A program made the translations under genes and the position numbers. Shown here one piece after another: positions 1 through 13,073 of a stretch of DNA of 64,000 nt. Source of the DNA: Octopus sinensis (Eukaryota). Position 1 is the first letter of the stretch. Each line of letters begins with the position of its first letter. Location of the stretch: assembly GCF_006345805.1 (NCBI RefSeq), contig NC_043022.1, forward strand, positions 23,498,001 through 23,562,000, given 5' to 3'. A model generated the notes under the pieces. The model saw nothing but the letters and a program-made list of their open reading frames with translations, was not told the origin of the DNA and made no database searches.

Positions 1-15
1 CAGTGGTGGGAGAGA

Positions 16-50
<35 letters not shown>

Positions 51-1399
51 CTCACACTCGTACATGTATGTACTCACACTCGTACACACGTGTGTGCATG
101 GGTGTGAAAAGTGTTCTCAAACTATGGAATGAAAGCTGTGAGTCTGAAGAAATAAATTCACTTCAACGGTGGGAAAAAATGCTAATTGTTTTTTTAATTA
201 TGAAACTCAATTCAAAAGAGAGTACAGTTCAGTTAACTCCTTTCTGAAAAATTCCAGAATGAAAACATATTTAGAAATGAATAACAACTGACTAGACCAA
301 ACTATAAACATTTAAAAGAACACAACCAAACAAATCTAACCTCTCACCTGCAAGTAAATCGTTTTCAAACTAGGAATAGGGAAACCTCATAAATAAGAAA
401 TACTAGAAGAAACTACAACAGAGTTAGTACTAATTTTTCTCTGGCTGTGTGGTAATTAGCTTGCTTACCAACCACATGGTTCTGGATTCAGTCCCACTGT
501 GTCTGACAAAAAAATTTTTGGCAAACACATGGGAGCCTCAAAACTACCCACCCCTGCCCTGTAATGAAAAATTCATATTAATGTACAATGGATAGATAGA
601 GGAACTGGATAGTGAAGTAAATTTGTGAGACAGAATAGTCAAGGTGGATATAGCAGGTGTAAAAGGTTTGCCCGAGAAGGATTATTGTGTGCTGATGAAC
701 CTGGAGAACCTGTGAAAGGTGCATAGGTATATAGAAAACTGTGACTGTGAATGGTGGTCCAAAAAATAGACAGCAGCACAATGCCGAAAAAAAATAGAAT
801 ATGGTACGTGGACACTTTAAAAAACAGAGATGGATTAACTATTGTGTAAATAATTGTGCTCAAATGATATATCAAATTGGCTGTTACAAAGGGTCTTGCT
901 ACAGGTTCAATGAAGTCATTCGGAGGTGGGGCCGAGCGACTTCATTTCATCTTTCATTGTATAATTTCATTCATTTATTTTTTTGTCCCCACTATGTGCT
1001 GTTCCCTCTGTGTAAGACCTTTATGGCCATAAAATAAAATAAGATGAGAAATTGCAAGAAGTTGAAAAGTGTTGTTCGTGAATTCGTGGAGTTGCAGGAA
1101 GTCAAAAGGTGTCGTTCGTGAGTTTGTGGTGCTGCAGAAAATTGTTGAAAAGTTGTTATTGTTTGTTGAGAGTTGTTTTGGATTGGTTACATTTGTTGGT
1201 AGAGTATTTGGGAACACATCAAGTGGAAACAGTTGGTGTCTACCACGTTACGTGGTACCATATATCACACTGTATTAGTACACGACACTAAGGTGATATA
1301 TACAGAAACCACATTATAAAAATGGCAACGAGTTGATTCGAAGCTTACGTTGGTCATTAGCAATTTTTTATGATAAAAAAATTCATTAATTATGGAAGA

Positions 1400-1705
1400 C
1401 CTATTAACTTGTTTGTTCCTTCTTGAGCCATGCCTGGCTCATAAGGGCAGGTTTCCTTGGTGTATAGGTTCCCCACCTGGACGGGACGCCGGTCCGTCAC
1501 AGGTGAGCTGCAAGATGCAGGAGGAAAGGGTGAGAGAAAGTTGTGGTGAAAGAGTCAGCAGAAGTTTGCCATTACCTTCTGCCAGAGCCGTGTGAAGTTT
1601 AGGTGTTTTTGCTCATAAACACACACATCGCCTGATCTGAGATTCGAACCCGTGATCCCTTGACCGCGAGTCCGCTGCTCTAACCACTAGGCCATGTACC
1701 TCCAC
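1400..1705 (-). mobile_element. tRNA-derived SINE (Arg-like head)
   Basis: Minus strand begins TGGCCTAGTGGTTAGAGCAGCGGACTCGCGGTC...GGTTCGAATC (Pol III A and B boxes), followed by a non-tRNA body. Boundaries approximate. Confidence 0.75.
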
Positions 1706-1719
1706 TACGTATTAACTGC

Positions 1720-2200
1720 CACATTACAGTTGCAAAAGCAACAGCAGCATACAATCGGTTGCTGGAACTGATGTTGAAGTCGAGAAACACTGCAAGTTCA
1801 TTTTCGTCAGAGAGCATAGCGAATGCTATAACTGAATTTAGTTATAACCCAGAAGAGGGTATAACTTTTTCGGTGTACTTCAGAAGATACAAAGAAATCT
1901 TCAAGGAAAAAGATACGAAGAAATCTTCAAGACAATGGAAAGTGAAAACTACTGTTGCAGAAAAATACTGCAATTTTACCTTGTCTAAAAAAAAGTGAAA
2001 TTTTTTGGAGGAAACAGTTGAATTGCTATCCAATATGTTCAGCGATAAGAGTTCCCTGTTTAACACTCACTGGGAGTGTTTGAACTCAGTAAAAGGAGAG
2101 GATGACGATTTTGTCAGCTATGCTGGAAGTGTAAATAGAATGTGCAAAAACTTTAAACTGAAGGAATTATCTCCTGGCATGTTTAAATGCCTCATCTTTG
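1720..2200 (+). pseudogene. Ty3/Gypsy (Mag/K02A2.6-like) gag fragment, frameshifted
   Basis: ORFs 1759-1998 and 2005-2241 give ITEFSYNPEEGITFSVYFRRYKEIF and SLFNTHWECLNSVKGEDDDFVSYAGSVNR...FKCLIFV, which resemble invertebrate Gypsy gag. Confidence 0.65.
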
Positions 2201-2929
2201 TGAGTGTCTTTGTGTCTGTGATTGTCCCCACCACTACTTGACACTGCAAAAAGGGACCGACAGAATGAGTACCAAGCTTAAAACAAAAATTACTGGGGTA
2301 GGTTCGTACGACTGAAATTCTTCAGGATAGTGCCCTAGCATGGCCACAGTCTAATTACTGAAGCAAGTAGAAAATAAAAGGTAAAAAAAAAGGCTGGAAA
2401 CAGTTTTGTTCCATCTTGTTCTGTGTGCAGAAAGTAGTGCTGTCTTCAAGATTATACAGTTTTCGCATTGTTTTCTGTATGTGAAGTCATCACGAGAGTT
2501 TATCAGAGATGAGAGCAATTGGGAAAGAAAACGTGGGCGATGTTACGCATACATGTGTGTTTGTGTGTTTGTGTGTCTGTGTTTGTACATGGCGTCACTT
2601 GATGGAATGCTGGAACAAGGGTATAATATAACAGATCACTTGTAGCATCGTTTAAACTGGAATCTCTCTTCATTTGGGTCACACAATGGTTTCCTTGTTT
2701 AGATTTCTCTCAAAGACTATTTGCGGCTGTTGATACATGAACGACTGAATGCACACACACACACACACACACACACACAGCCGTCAGACGGATGTGAATG
2801 TCTTTTCAAGAATTTGAGGATTGGAGAATATCTGTGAACAACTAATGAGACACGCCTATTTTGCCCAGGTTATAGATTTTTCTTTGTATATCTATAATCA
2901 TAGGCGCATTTATGCAAAACATTCTTTAG

Positions 2930-3050
2930 GGGCAGGCATGGCTGTATGGTAAGAAGTTTGCTTCTCAACCACAAGGTTCTGGGTTCAATCCCACTCAGTG
3001 GCACTTGGACAGGTATTTCCTACAATAGCCTGAGACTGATCAAAGGAGTG
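2930..3050 (+). mobile_element. CORE-type tRNA SINE, partial
   Basis: GGCATGGCTGTATGGTAAGAAGTTTGCTTC...GGTTCAATCCCACT; same family as 5969 and 52502. Confidence 0.7.
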
Positions 3051-3079
3051 GGTTTATATATATATATATATATATACAA

Positions 3080-3483
3080 AATCTGTGCTTTTGTATGGCT
3101 CTGAAACATGGAGAGCCATCTGCAGCAACTACAAGAAGATCCAGACCTTCATCAACAAATGTCTCCGGCAGATCCTCCATCTGAAGTGGTTCGACAGAGT
3201 GCCAAACACCGACCTGTGGGAAAGGGCCAACCAGGAGCCCGTATATGTTCAGATTAGACTAAGGAAATGGAGATGGATTGGACACACTGTGGAAAGAACC
3301 CTCAAATGTGACACGACAAGCACTTGACTGGAACCCGCAGACAAGGAAGCGGAGGATTTTGGACGAGCTCAGGACCACCAGCCTGACATGGGAAGCAGCC
3401 AAGAAACACGCCAATGACAGCAAAAAGTGGAAAACAACTGTTTAGGCCCTATGCTCAATAAGGAGCAAAAAGGATTAAGAAGA

Positions 3484-3486
<3 letters not shown>
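3080..3486 (+). mobile_element. RTE-clade LINE, 3' fragment
   Basis: LLYGSETW...FINKCLRQIL...WRWIGHT is the typical post-RT region of RTE elements. Ends in a (AAG)n tail and is flanked by (TA)n. Confidence 0.85.
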
Positions 3487-3523
<37 letters not shown>

Positions 3524-3788
3524 CCACTCTTATGTGTGTGTGTGTGTGTGTATATATACACACATACACACACAGGTAAAATAAAATAACAGTTGCTGTA
3601 GAATAAAAGACAAAGAGGAAAGGCAAAGCAAAGATCCAGCATTTGGCCAAAAATTTGTGCTGCTGGGGGCGGTCCTTGAGTTTTATGTGTGTGTGTACAC
3701 ATATATATGCAAGCGGTCTATCCACTTTCTATTTTCTTTGTTAGCTTCTTCAGCGCCGCCTGAATATGATGACGGTGTGACTTTACAT

Positions 3789-4204
3789 GGATCTTTTCGG
3801 TTTGAACGGCAGTTTTTTCTAGTGGTGTCAGATGAAATTGTCAACCATAATTATGACCCTAGAATCGATCTATTGCATTTCAATCTCTTTTAGGGTTAGG
3901 GTTAGGGGTGGAGTAAGGATATCTTTTTTTCTTCAGAAATGTAAATAAACCCAATTTGTTTCTTAAACGAGGGACATATTCTTACGGCACAGAATGCTTT
4001 TTAACTCAATACACGTAATTGATTGGTTGAAATTGCAGAAATTGAAGAAAAAAAACAACAAATATCTTACAAACTATAGAATTTTCTCAATAAAGCCAAG
4101 AGAAAAAGATGTTTTATAAACACATTCTACCAGTATACGAAGTTTAAAGTTTTTTAGTTACTTAGAAATTATGTTAAAAACTGCTGTTCAGACTGAAAAG
4201 ATCT
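3789..4204 (+). mobile_element. ~420-bp TIR element (MITE) with internal TTAGGG repeats, copy 1
   Basis: ~29-bp TIR GGATCTTTTCGGTTTGAACGGCAGTTTTT; 8-bp TSD ctttacat/ctttacgt. Confidence 0.92.
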
Positions 4205-5120
4205 CTTTACGTTTGCATCTCTGCATAACTTGACACCTGTTAGTGCTGAGCAACATCTCGTACTAATGCAAACCTAGTTGATTTCATTCTCAGTACTTCG
4301 ATTTGATGATTGCCAAGTCTTCTTGTGGATACTGCGGTGAGTAAAGGTGTTGTTAATGCTCAGAAGGTTAATGCTGCAAAAAAGCAGATATTTTTAACCA
4401 TTATCTGCTGCCTGTTCGCATGAGAAGCCTTTCATATGTTTGAAACCAGTCCTGCTACTATCCAGTCGTATTCCAATCCCCCCATGACCAACTTGATATT
4501 AAGCCTAGATGTGAAAGGAGGAGGGTGGTCGGAGGGCTAGCAACCTGTTACTAGAACTACAGTGGGAAAGTCTCGTGGGAAAAACTACAATCGCTACAGA
4601 AACAGCAAGAAAAATTGTTAGCTACAACCAGCATGAAAAGGGATACTTGCCTCAAGTTATGATGAGATATGGGCAAAGACGAGGGTTTATCTGACCCCAA
4701 TGAAAAGTTTGACTCTGACAACTAAGCAAAACTCGAATTACCATCTGGAACTTTGTAACTCTATTCTAGTCTCAAAAACCATACAACATAGATCCTAGAT
4801 TTATTAAAATTATCTCCGCCTCTGAAGGATGCATATTAACTTCGAAATGGCAATATAGCTTCACTTGAAAATAGGAAATATTGAGAATCAGGAATTAAGG
4901 AAACGGACAAGTTTATTGTCTGGAGATAAGAGGACAGCGGTGCACATGACAATTTTTGTCATGTGACTACTTATCATATTGGTGAGGGTCATTGAGCTAG
5001 AAACTGTACCCACGACTGTTTTCTTATCTCCAAACAATAAACTTGACTTTTTCCTCAGTTATTAAAGATTATTTCCCCTTCTCATATAGAGCAGGATTTA
5101 ATTGTCATTTGGTAATTATA

Positions 5121-5251
5121 GGAAGGGCATCCAGCTGTAGAAACACTGCCAGATCAGACTGGGCCTGGTGCAGCCTCCTGGCTTCCCAGACCCCAGTTGA
5201 ATCGTTCAACCCATGCTAGCATGGAAAGCAGACGTTAAACGATGATGATGA
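5121..5251 (+). mobile_element. SINE/LINE 3' tail ending (GAT)n
   Basis: CAACCCATGCTAGCATGGAAAGCAGACGTTAAACGATGATG; an inverted homolog lies at ~44957-45130. Confidence 0.65.
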
Positions 5252-5968
5252 TATCCTCTACAGGAGGGGATGATTTTAATAAATCAAGAATTTACGTTGT
5301 ATGGTTTTTGATATGTAATATATCTGTATTTCTCTTTCTCTCTTTTATGTATGTATGTATATATGTATACACACTTACGCACATACATACATATACAGAG
5401 AGAGTGGGAGAGAGAAAGGGAGACAGTGAAATTCAGAAAATATGGAGGCCAAAGTGAAAGTTAAGTGGCGAGAAATGTGTTGTGTGTGTGTGTGTGTGAG
5501 AGGTGGGTAGAGAGAGATTGAGCATAATTGTAGATTTTCCTGAGAGAAAAAAAATGTCTAATAGGGAGAAAGCGATGACGGACTTAGGTGAGATGCAGAT
5601 AAGAGACATAAAGGCAGAGAGAGAGAAAGAGGGTGTGTCAGAGATACAGACAGACAGTTAGAAAGACAGAGACAGAGGAAGAAGTGTGAGAGTGAACCGT
5701 TAAGAAGACATCAAAGACAAGCTGTTCAATATAGAACTAGGTTATCTCAACCAATTCCCTCTTCATCCCTCCGTTCTCTCCATCTGTCTACATAGCTTTC
5801 TATTGTCTATGTACTCTACTGCCCTCGCTACCAGTCATTCCTCCTACCTTACATTATATTCAACCCCTCGCTCTTACCTCATTTTAACCCAATTAGGGTT
5901 ACTCTCTCCTTTCTCCTCTAAATTTGACTTAATCAGGGTCATCCCGCCAATTTCTCCTCATGTTTTAT

Positions 5969-6380
5969 CGCAGGAGTGGCTGTGTGGTATGTAGCTTGCT
6001 TACCAACCACATGGTTCCAGGTTCAGTCCCACTGCGTAGCATCTTGAGCAAGTATCTTCTGCTATAGCCTCGGGCCGACCAATGCCTTGTGAGTGGATTT
6101 GGTAGACGGAGACTGAAAGAAGCCTGTCGTATATACGTATATATATATATGTATATGTGTGTATGTTTGTGTGTCTGTGTTTGTCCCCCTAGCATTGCTT
6201 GACAACCGATGCTGGTGTGTTTACATCCCCATCACTTAGCGGTTCAGCAAAAGGGACTGATAGAATAAGTACTGGGCTTACAAAGAATAAGTCTCGGGGT
6301 CGATTTGCTCGACTAAAGGCGGTGCTCCAGCATGGCTGCAATCAATTGACTGAAACAAGTAAAAGAGTAAAGAGTAAAGA
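5969..6380 (+). mobile_element. CORE-type tRNA SINE, full length
   Basis: A/B-box head, CTTGAGCAAGT CORE-like segment, internal (TA/TG)n, and TGACTGAAACAAGTAAAAGA tail; many homologs in the window. Confidence 0.85.
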
Positions 6381-6719
6381 GAGTTCATCTTTCTTATATA
6401 TGCTTTACATGTTTTAGTCAATGAACTGCCGCCATGCTGGGGCGACGCCTCGAAGAGCCTAGTTGAACAAACCGACTTCAATGCTGACTTTTAAAAGCCC
6501 GGTACTTATTCTATCAGTATCCTGTTAAGTTACGGGAAAGGGGGCACGTAAACAAACCAGTACCGGTTGACAAGCGGTGGTGACGTGCAAGCACGAACGA
6601 ACCGAAACACACACACATGCAAGTTTATGACATCCCACTTCGAAGGTGACCGCCAAGCAATTCAAGAACAAGAGAACCCCACCAACTATCAACAGCATAA
6701 ACGGTAGTAAAAACACTCC

Positions 6720-6932
6720 TTTCGATTAAAGGCACAAGGCCTGAAATTTTGGCGGAGGGGATTAGTCGATTACATCGACCCCAGTACTCAACTGGTACTC
6801 ATTTCATCGACCCCGAAAGGATGAAAAGTAAAGTCGACCTTGGTGGAATTTAAACTCAGAACGTAAAGACGGGCGAAATACCGCTAAACATTTTGCTTGA
6901 CGTGCTAACGATTCTGCCAGCTCACTGCCTTA
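6720..6932 (-). mobile_element. MetaSINE-like tRNA SINE
   Basis: Minus strand GGCAGTGAGCTGGCAGAATCGTTAGC...CTTTTCATCCTTTCGGGGTCGATGAAATGAGTACCAG (Meta-domain-like). Confidence 0.8.
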
Positions 6933-6964
6933 GGCGGTAAAAACATTGACAGACAACAAATGTG

Positions 6965-7372
6965 GGATCTTTTCGGTTTGAACAGCGTTTTTTTCTAGCG
7001 GTGTCAGATGAAATTGTCACCCATAATTATGACCCTAGTATTGATCTATTGCATTTCAATCTGTTTTAGGGTTAGGGTTAGTGGTGGGGGGGAAGGGTAT
7101 CTTTTTTTCTTCACAAATGTAAATAAACCCAATCTGTTTCTTAAACGAGGGACATATTCATATGGCACAGAATGTTTTCACCTCCACTGATTGGTTGAAA
7201 TTGCAGAAATTGAAGAAAAAAACAACAAATATCTTACAAACTATAGAATTTTCTCAATAAAGCCAAGAGAAAAAGATGTTTTATAAACACATTCTACCAG
7301 TATACGAAGTTTAAAGGTGTTTAGTTACGTGGAAATTATTTTTAAAAACTGCCGTTCAAACCGAAAAGATCC
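6965..7372 (+). mobile_element. TTAGGG-containing MITE, copy 2
   Basis: Both TIRs present; perfect 8-bp TSD caaatgtg; inserted into an RLE-type LINE fragment. Confidence 0.92.
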
Positions 7373-7945
7373 CAAATGTGGGCTGTGCAAGACCAAAACT
7401 GAAGACATCGACCACATTATTGCCAACTGTGAGAGAATGTCTTCCAGATATTATCTTCCTGTGGGGCATGATGTGGTGACCATGCAGTATGAAGCAGGAT
7501 AGCAAAAAAGAAAACACCGACAAAGTGGACCATATTGAGACCAATGGATCAAAAGAATACTGGTAGAACTTAAAAATTAAAACAGTCACCAAGTTAAAAC
7601 ACAAGCGGCCAGATACTTGTATGTGAAACCACACGGAAAAGATATGTTCTGTTGTGGAAATCAGCTGCCTTCTGGACACCACTGTGACTAGGAACATATA
7701 AGAGTACATCTATGGGCCATTGATTGGGAGTTTGCAAATCCACTACTCAAGATACGTTTTCAACTTCATATCTATTATTATTGGAGGAACAGGATGCATA
7801 CCAACCCGCCTGGGGCAATGTATGGCTGAATTTGGATTCCTTGGGAGAGAACGCAAATTCTTAATTATACACTACAAAGGATCACGATGTCTGGGACTAT
7901 AAAAATATGCAAGACCTTCTTAAGATTTAAACAATGATGAATAAA
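7373..7945 (+). mobile_element. R4/Dong-like (RLE-type) non-LTR retrotransposon, 3' fragment
   Basis: CGLCKTKTEDIDHIIANC zinc knuckle, HD motif, KHKRPD, VVEISC (restriction-like endonuclease), all degenerate. Confidence 0.75.
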
Positions 7946-8090
7946 AGAAGATGTTTTCTTTCACAACATTGCTACCAAGCAGGTGGTTGGTCAAAATTCA
8001 TTCTTTCTCCCTCCCTCTCTCTCTCTGTATATATGTATATATATGTATATATATATGTATATGTGTGTATGTATATATATATATATATAT

Positions 8091-8347
8091 AAAAATACAA
8101 AATGGGACAAGAACGCAAAACATTCAAATGAACAATACAAAAAATACGGACGGGTCATTTGAAGCCTCTAATCTTCAGTCAAGAACCGGATCATCCTTGC
8201 AATTTCAGCTGATTAATCTTGAGATTGCTCTGATCTGGCCAGCCCCAAGGAAAAACTAAGCTACGAGCATTAGATTTCTTGGAAAAAGAATCGAATGTAT
8301 ACGAAACAAGGACAGAAAAACGGACGATGTTACACGAATATAAATAC
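8091..8347 (-). mobile_element. Small (TA)n-flanked element carrying the permuted hammerhead-like motif (Penelope/retrozyme-like)
   Basis: Bounded by (TA)n; inverted homolog at 53051-53246. Confidence 0.75.
8172..8244 (-). ncRNA. Candidate non-circularly permuted, K-turn-containing hammerhead ribozyme (core intact)
   Basis: Minus strand GGCUG-GCCAGAUCA-GA-GCAAU-C-UCAAGA-UUAAU-CAGCU-GAAA-UUGC-AAG-GA-UGAUCCGGU-UCUUGA-CUGAAGA. Stems: I UCAAGA/UCUUGA, II GGCUG/CAGCU, III GCAAU/AUUGC. Confidence 0.7.
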
Positions 8348-8427
8348 TATATATATATACACAAATTTTTTTTTCATAATGAGATAAAAAACCAAGGCTG
8401 AGTAGATTTTATAACATTTATAGATAG

Positions 8428-8479
8428 GTCTTACAGCTGTTTCCAGGATATTTATTAATTATATCCCATCATCGGAGAC
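8428..8479 (-). ncRNA. Minimal type I hammerhead motif (U4C variant)
   Basis: GUCU-CCGAUGA-U-GGGAUAU...AUAUCCU-G-GAAA-CAGCUG-UA-AGAC; stem III is the palindrome ACAGCUGU. Confidence 0.7.
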
Positions 8480-10079
8480 GGTGTGAGAGAATAGTTAAGT
8501 AATAGTTAATTTACCTCTCATAACCTATATATATATATATGCATACATATACGTTCAAACCGAAAATATCCGTTTATTTTTCCATTAATTTCTTTAAAAA
8601 AGAAAAAAATAACATGTGAAGTAAAAAAACAAAGACATAACTCGAAACGATGTAAGTTGAAGTATACCTGTACCCAATTCAAATGCTCTACTCAAGTTGT
8701 GGTACAGATTTCACACGTGCATACGCGTGAGAGTATGTGTGTGTGTGTGTGTGTGGGTATGTTTGTGTGTATCTGTACTTTTGTGCTTGTGATTATGTGT
8801 GTGTATGTATGTGTGTGTGTGGTGGTGGTGGTGGTGGGGAATTAATGTCTACAAACCAAACTAATCTACCACCCAGTCTTCAGTAGTAACCAAACTATGT
8901 ATGTTGAATATATGACAAATAAGTAGCATGGACAATGCAATGTTTGGTTTCGGTGGCAGGAAAGCCACCCTTCCCTTCCCTTGGTCATTGAAAGGAATTC
9001 ATTTGAAATGTTTTTCACTGGTATTCGACCTTGTTATTGTTGTTATTCTTGTCATTGCTATCGTTGTTGTTGTGTTGTTCATGCTGTTATTTTGTTACTG
9101 ATGTTGTTATTGTTGATGGTAATATGGTGATGTTGTTGTTGATATGGATAATGATGATGCTGTTGATGTTATTACTGATGACACTTGTTTGTGTTAATAA
9201 CGTTGTTGTTGATGTTCTTGTTGCTGTTGTTGAGCTCCAGATCGAACAGATCTATGATCAATGGCGCTTCTGTCATAACTATCTCATTCTTCTCTCTGGG
9301 CTTGTGGAATTGTGTGTGTCTAAGACAACATGATTCAATGCAAAACTCCTCTCATCACTTTTCGGGAAGGACATTTGGCTACTGTTTATAGCAAGGCTAT
9401 AGGCCTTGTCTGGGCTTCCTCATTGATTTGCTGTTGCTGTTTAGCTGCAGGTCGACGCTGATCCAACAGAGCTCTGGTTCAAGGTATTTCATCTACAACC
9501 ACCTCGTCTTTTAACGGCATAAGTACTAAACCATATTTAATAAGTCCACAATTGAAATTTCCTGTTCCACCACACCAAACTTGGGCTCCGTCAAGCGTCG
9601 CTTTTAATAGACGTAATCTCAGGCATCTACTCATAAGCCCCAGGCATCCACTATAATCATGTTAATAGTATTACCTAGGTCTGGACCACCTTATCCGTAA
9701 CTTTACCAAACGCCCAGACACCACCAGTACCCTTTCCAATTATAGCATTAACCCCAATGACTACGGGGTAGTGAATGCAAACAATGACTTTCTTGTGTGC
9801 AATATCTCAATGTACATATACATGCATAGACATAAATTATAAATTCACATATACATCTATAAGTATTGGAGCTATTGGTTTTGTGAGTAAATGCCTAAAT
9901 GGCAATCTAGACAAGCTAAGGTTTTTAGGAAAAGAGATCAACCAGCTAATTCACACATTACAATCTGCAAGTAGCACAGTAAAATATGCGAGCCTTTTCT
10001 CACTATTAAAATGTGAATTAGTTTTCGTAAACTACATTCCAATGTTACAGTGTTCTAACACTGGTACTTTGTAGGTGTC

Positions 10080-10557
10080 CCAGAAAACAACACAAAATTT
10101 TTTACTTTTATTGCTAGGAAGGTTAAATAAAAGCATTTTCCGTCTTAACTTTTTGTTTTTTAATGTGAAGCATTAAGATTGAAGGTTTGTTTGTAATGCA
10201 TTGGTTTGTTTGATTTGTAGAAAGTTGAAGATGGATGTAATTTCAATGTAGTAAGTTTGCAGCCGTGTTCGTTATTGGTGGAGGGTGGCTAGAATGGGTT
10301 AACGAGGTTATTGGGAGGGAATATGATGTGGGTAAAGTTAAAAGTATAACTATGATTGTGATGTTAGTTGAGATCTGAGGATTAGGTATCCATTTGAGCA
10401 GGAAGGCAGTTCGGCAAAAGATTTGCTTCGGTATTAAGTTTTAATTTATTGCCAAACCGTTCTGTCAAAATAGAATTGAGTCAAGTTTTATGCGGAAACG
10501 GATTTCAGGCAGAGATGTAAAGAGAGGCTGAGTACTGGTGATGACTTATGTACCATA
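10080..10557 (-). repeat. Degenerate interspersed repeat, possibly Penelope-like
   Basis: 10475-10557 is an inverted homolog of ~11815-11895. The family assignment is tentative. Confidence 0.4.
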
Positions 10558-10666
10558 TTCAGCTGGCATAATGATGATGCTGATGGCAAGGTGGTTGTCT
10601 TTGTAGATAAATGTAATAAGAAACGCAGTGGTTGTAGGCTTTGAACATACATATTTTTTCACTTAA

Positions 10667-10886
10667 CCCTTTCGTTACCAACCTGGCTGAAACCGGCTCT
10701 GGCTCTGAGTACAAATGTCTTGTTTTCATAAGTTTTGAATTAAAATCTTCCACCAAACCTGAGTCACAATTTATGTTCCCAACACTAGCTTAATGATGAC
10801 TAAGTTATTTTACTAAATTCTTTATTATATTTAAAGTAATTGAAAGAAACACAGAGCATCTCAAAATAAAAACAGTAACGAAAGTG
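10667..10886. mobile_element. piggyBac-like MITE
   Basis: TTAA|CCCTTTCGTTAC ... GTAACGAAAGTG|TTAA: terminal inverted repeats with TTAA TSD. Confidence 0.85.
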
Positions 10887-11408
10887 TTAAGTCATTTTTT
10901 TTCGTGTGGTCAACAGGGTTGTGGTGGCATTGGACAGCCTATGAAACAGGGCTTACATTTCACATCTAGCCTGGACCTATTGTCAATGCCTGTAGTGATG
11001 TTCATTCTGGAAGCTTTTGTACATATTGATATTGTACTGTGACGCTTCACTCGATTGTGGGTTACAATTGGTTGGATTTTGTATCCAACCAACAACAGGG
11101 ATGCATCCTATTACTTGAATGATTTTGGAGCATCGGTGCAGGCTGTTTGGTGATGTTGCTCAATTTTCCGAGTTAGATCCTGCGTATCGTGTTCTCATCT
11201 CTGAAAATACGGTAGGGTTGATGGAATGTGTTGGTCGACCACACTCCACATGGTTGCTGTGGATGAGGAAGTATCTCACCGAGATGGAACTGAGATACTG
11301 CTCCAAGGGTTGATCAGAAAGACCCAAGCAAATACCGACAAATAGTGGATGCAACGACATGCTACAATGGCATCTGCCCTTATATCTCACCTGATATAGT
11401 ATTGATTA

Positions 11409-11640
11409 AGGCGGCGAACTGGCAGAAACGTTAGCACGCCGGGCGAAAGGCGTAGCCGTATTTCGTCTGTCGTTACGTTCTGAGTTCAAATTCCGCCTAG
11501 GTCGACTTTGCCTTTCATCCTTTCGGGGTTGATTAAATAAGTACCAGTGACGCACTGAAGTCGATAAAATCGACTTAATCCGTTTGTCCTTGTTTGTCCT
11601 CTCTGTGTTTAGCCCCTTGTGGTTAGTAAAGAAATAAGTA
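11409..11640 (+). mobile_element. MetaSINE-like tRNA SINE
   Basis: GGCGGCGAACTGGCAGAAACGTTAGC...GTTCAAATTCC...GCCTTTCATCCTTTCGGGGTTGATTAAATAAGTACCAG. Confidence 0.85.
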
Positions 11641-12468
11641 TTGATATGGCCACTTGAAATGGTTTGCGATTTTGAAGGGGCATCAGTTAGAAGTAATGGC
11701 TTAGATGCAAAATAAGAAAAAAAAAACTACAATCGATATTCAATGCGGACGACCACAGCATTTTCTTTCATTGTATTTACTGATAAACACAACCACCTTG
11801 CTGCCGGTTGAAAATGGTACATAACTCATCACTAGTGCTTGACCTCACTTTACAGATCTACCTGAAATCCATTTCCGCATAAAACCTGAATCTTTCAGCC
11901 TCTTTAGTAAACAGTTACCTCATATAAATCGTTCGTATTTTGATTTGTTACTTGTAAGTACATGTACATACCTGTAACCCATTTGACATTGATTATTAAA
12001 ATAGCTAACGAGTAATTTGAAATGAATACATTTCACATTCATTGTAAGCTTATTACTAAATAAAATGGGGATGAAATTTTACATCTGGCCTGGACATATT
12101 GCCTATTGAAATAGGGCCTATATTTCACAGTTGCCCTGGACCTGTTGTCAGTTTTGCGCAGGCTTTATTACATCCTAACGTTGTACAATAGGGCACGGTG
12201 ATTAATGTGATCTAGAGTACAAAGCACCAAAGAAAAAGATGACGTGGACACAACTGGAACGTCTTTGTTTGGAGATCGTCGGCTCAATCAGAGCTAAAAC
12301 CTGTGGCTAAAAAACTGCACAACCACTAGCATCACTGACATGACCATCACCATGACCAAACACTACCACCAACAACAATAACATCATCATTGCCACTACC
12401 GGTACACCGCCACGACGACAACGATGACCACTAGCACCACCAACATCACCACCACCACTACCACCACC

Positions 12469-12500
<32 letters not shown>

Positions 12501-12576
12501 CAACCCAGTGTTTATGTTGAGTACTTCGTATAAAGTCTAGGCTGTTATTTACAAAGTGGAGAGTGTATGTTTATTA

Positions 12577-12663
<87 letters not shown>

Positions 12664-13073
12664 TATACATATATATATACATATATATGTATATATACAT
12701 ACACATACATACACAGACACATGTTTACACCCACACATGAACTAAGCCTAAACCAGTCAGATCTCGTTCTTTGATGACTTGATTTAGGTGTTTTTGCTCA
12801 ACTTAATGAAATCTATTTTAATCGTTTTGAACTTAAATTGTTTGAACTGAAATTGTTTGACTTGCGGGTCATAATATCTGTGGCACAGGTTATCATAAAC
12901 CACCGGATTGCACACGTACACACGCACGTTCGCGCATACACATACTTGTATACGAATAATCTTTCTGTAGGCCGAAAGCTTGATCTGTAGTGAGTGGGGG
13001 TGTGGTAGTCGATTACATCGACCCCCAGTGTACGACTGGTATTTATTTCATCGATCTCAAAAGGATGAGTTGC

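Noticed and set aside
687-735. CTGATGA...GAAA hammerhead-like string
   Set aside because: Stem II is poor and no stem III pairing precedes a UH; at most a decayed relic.
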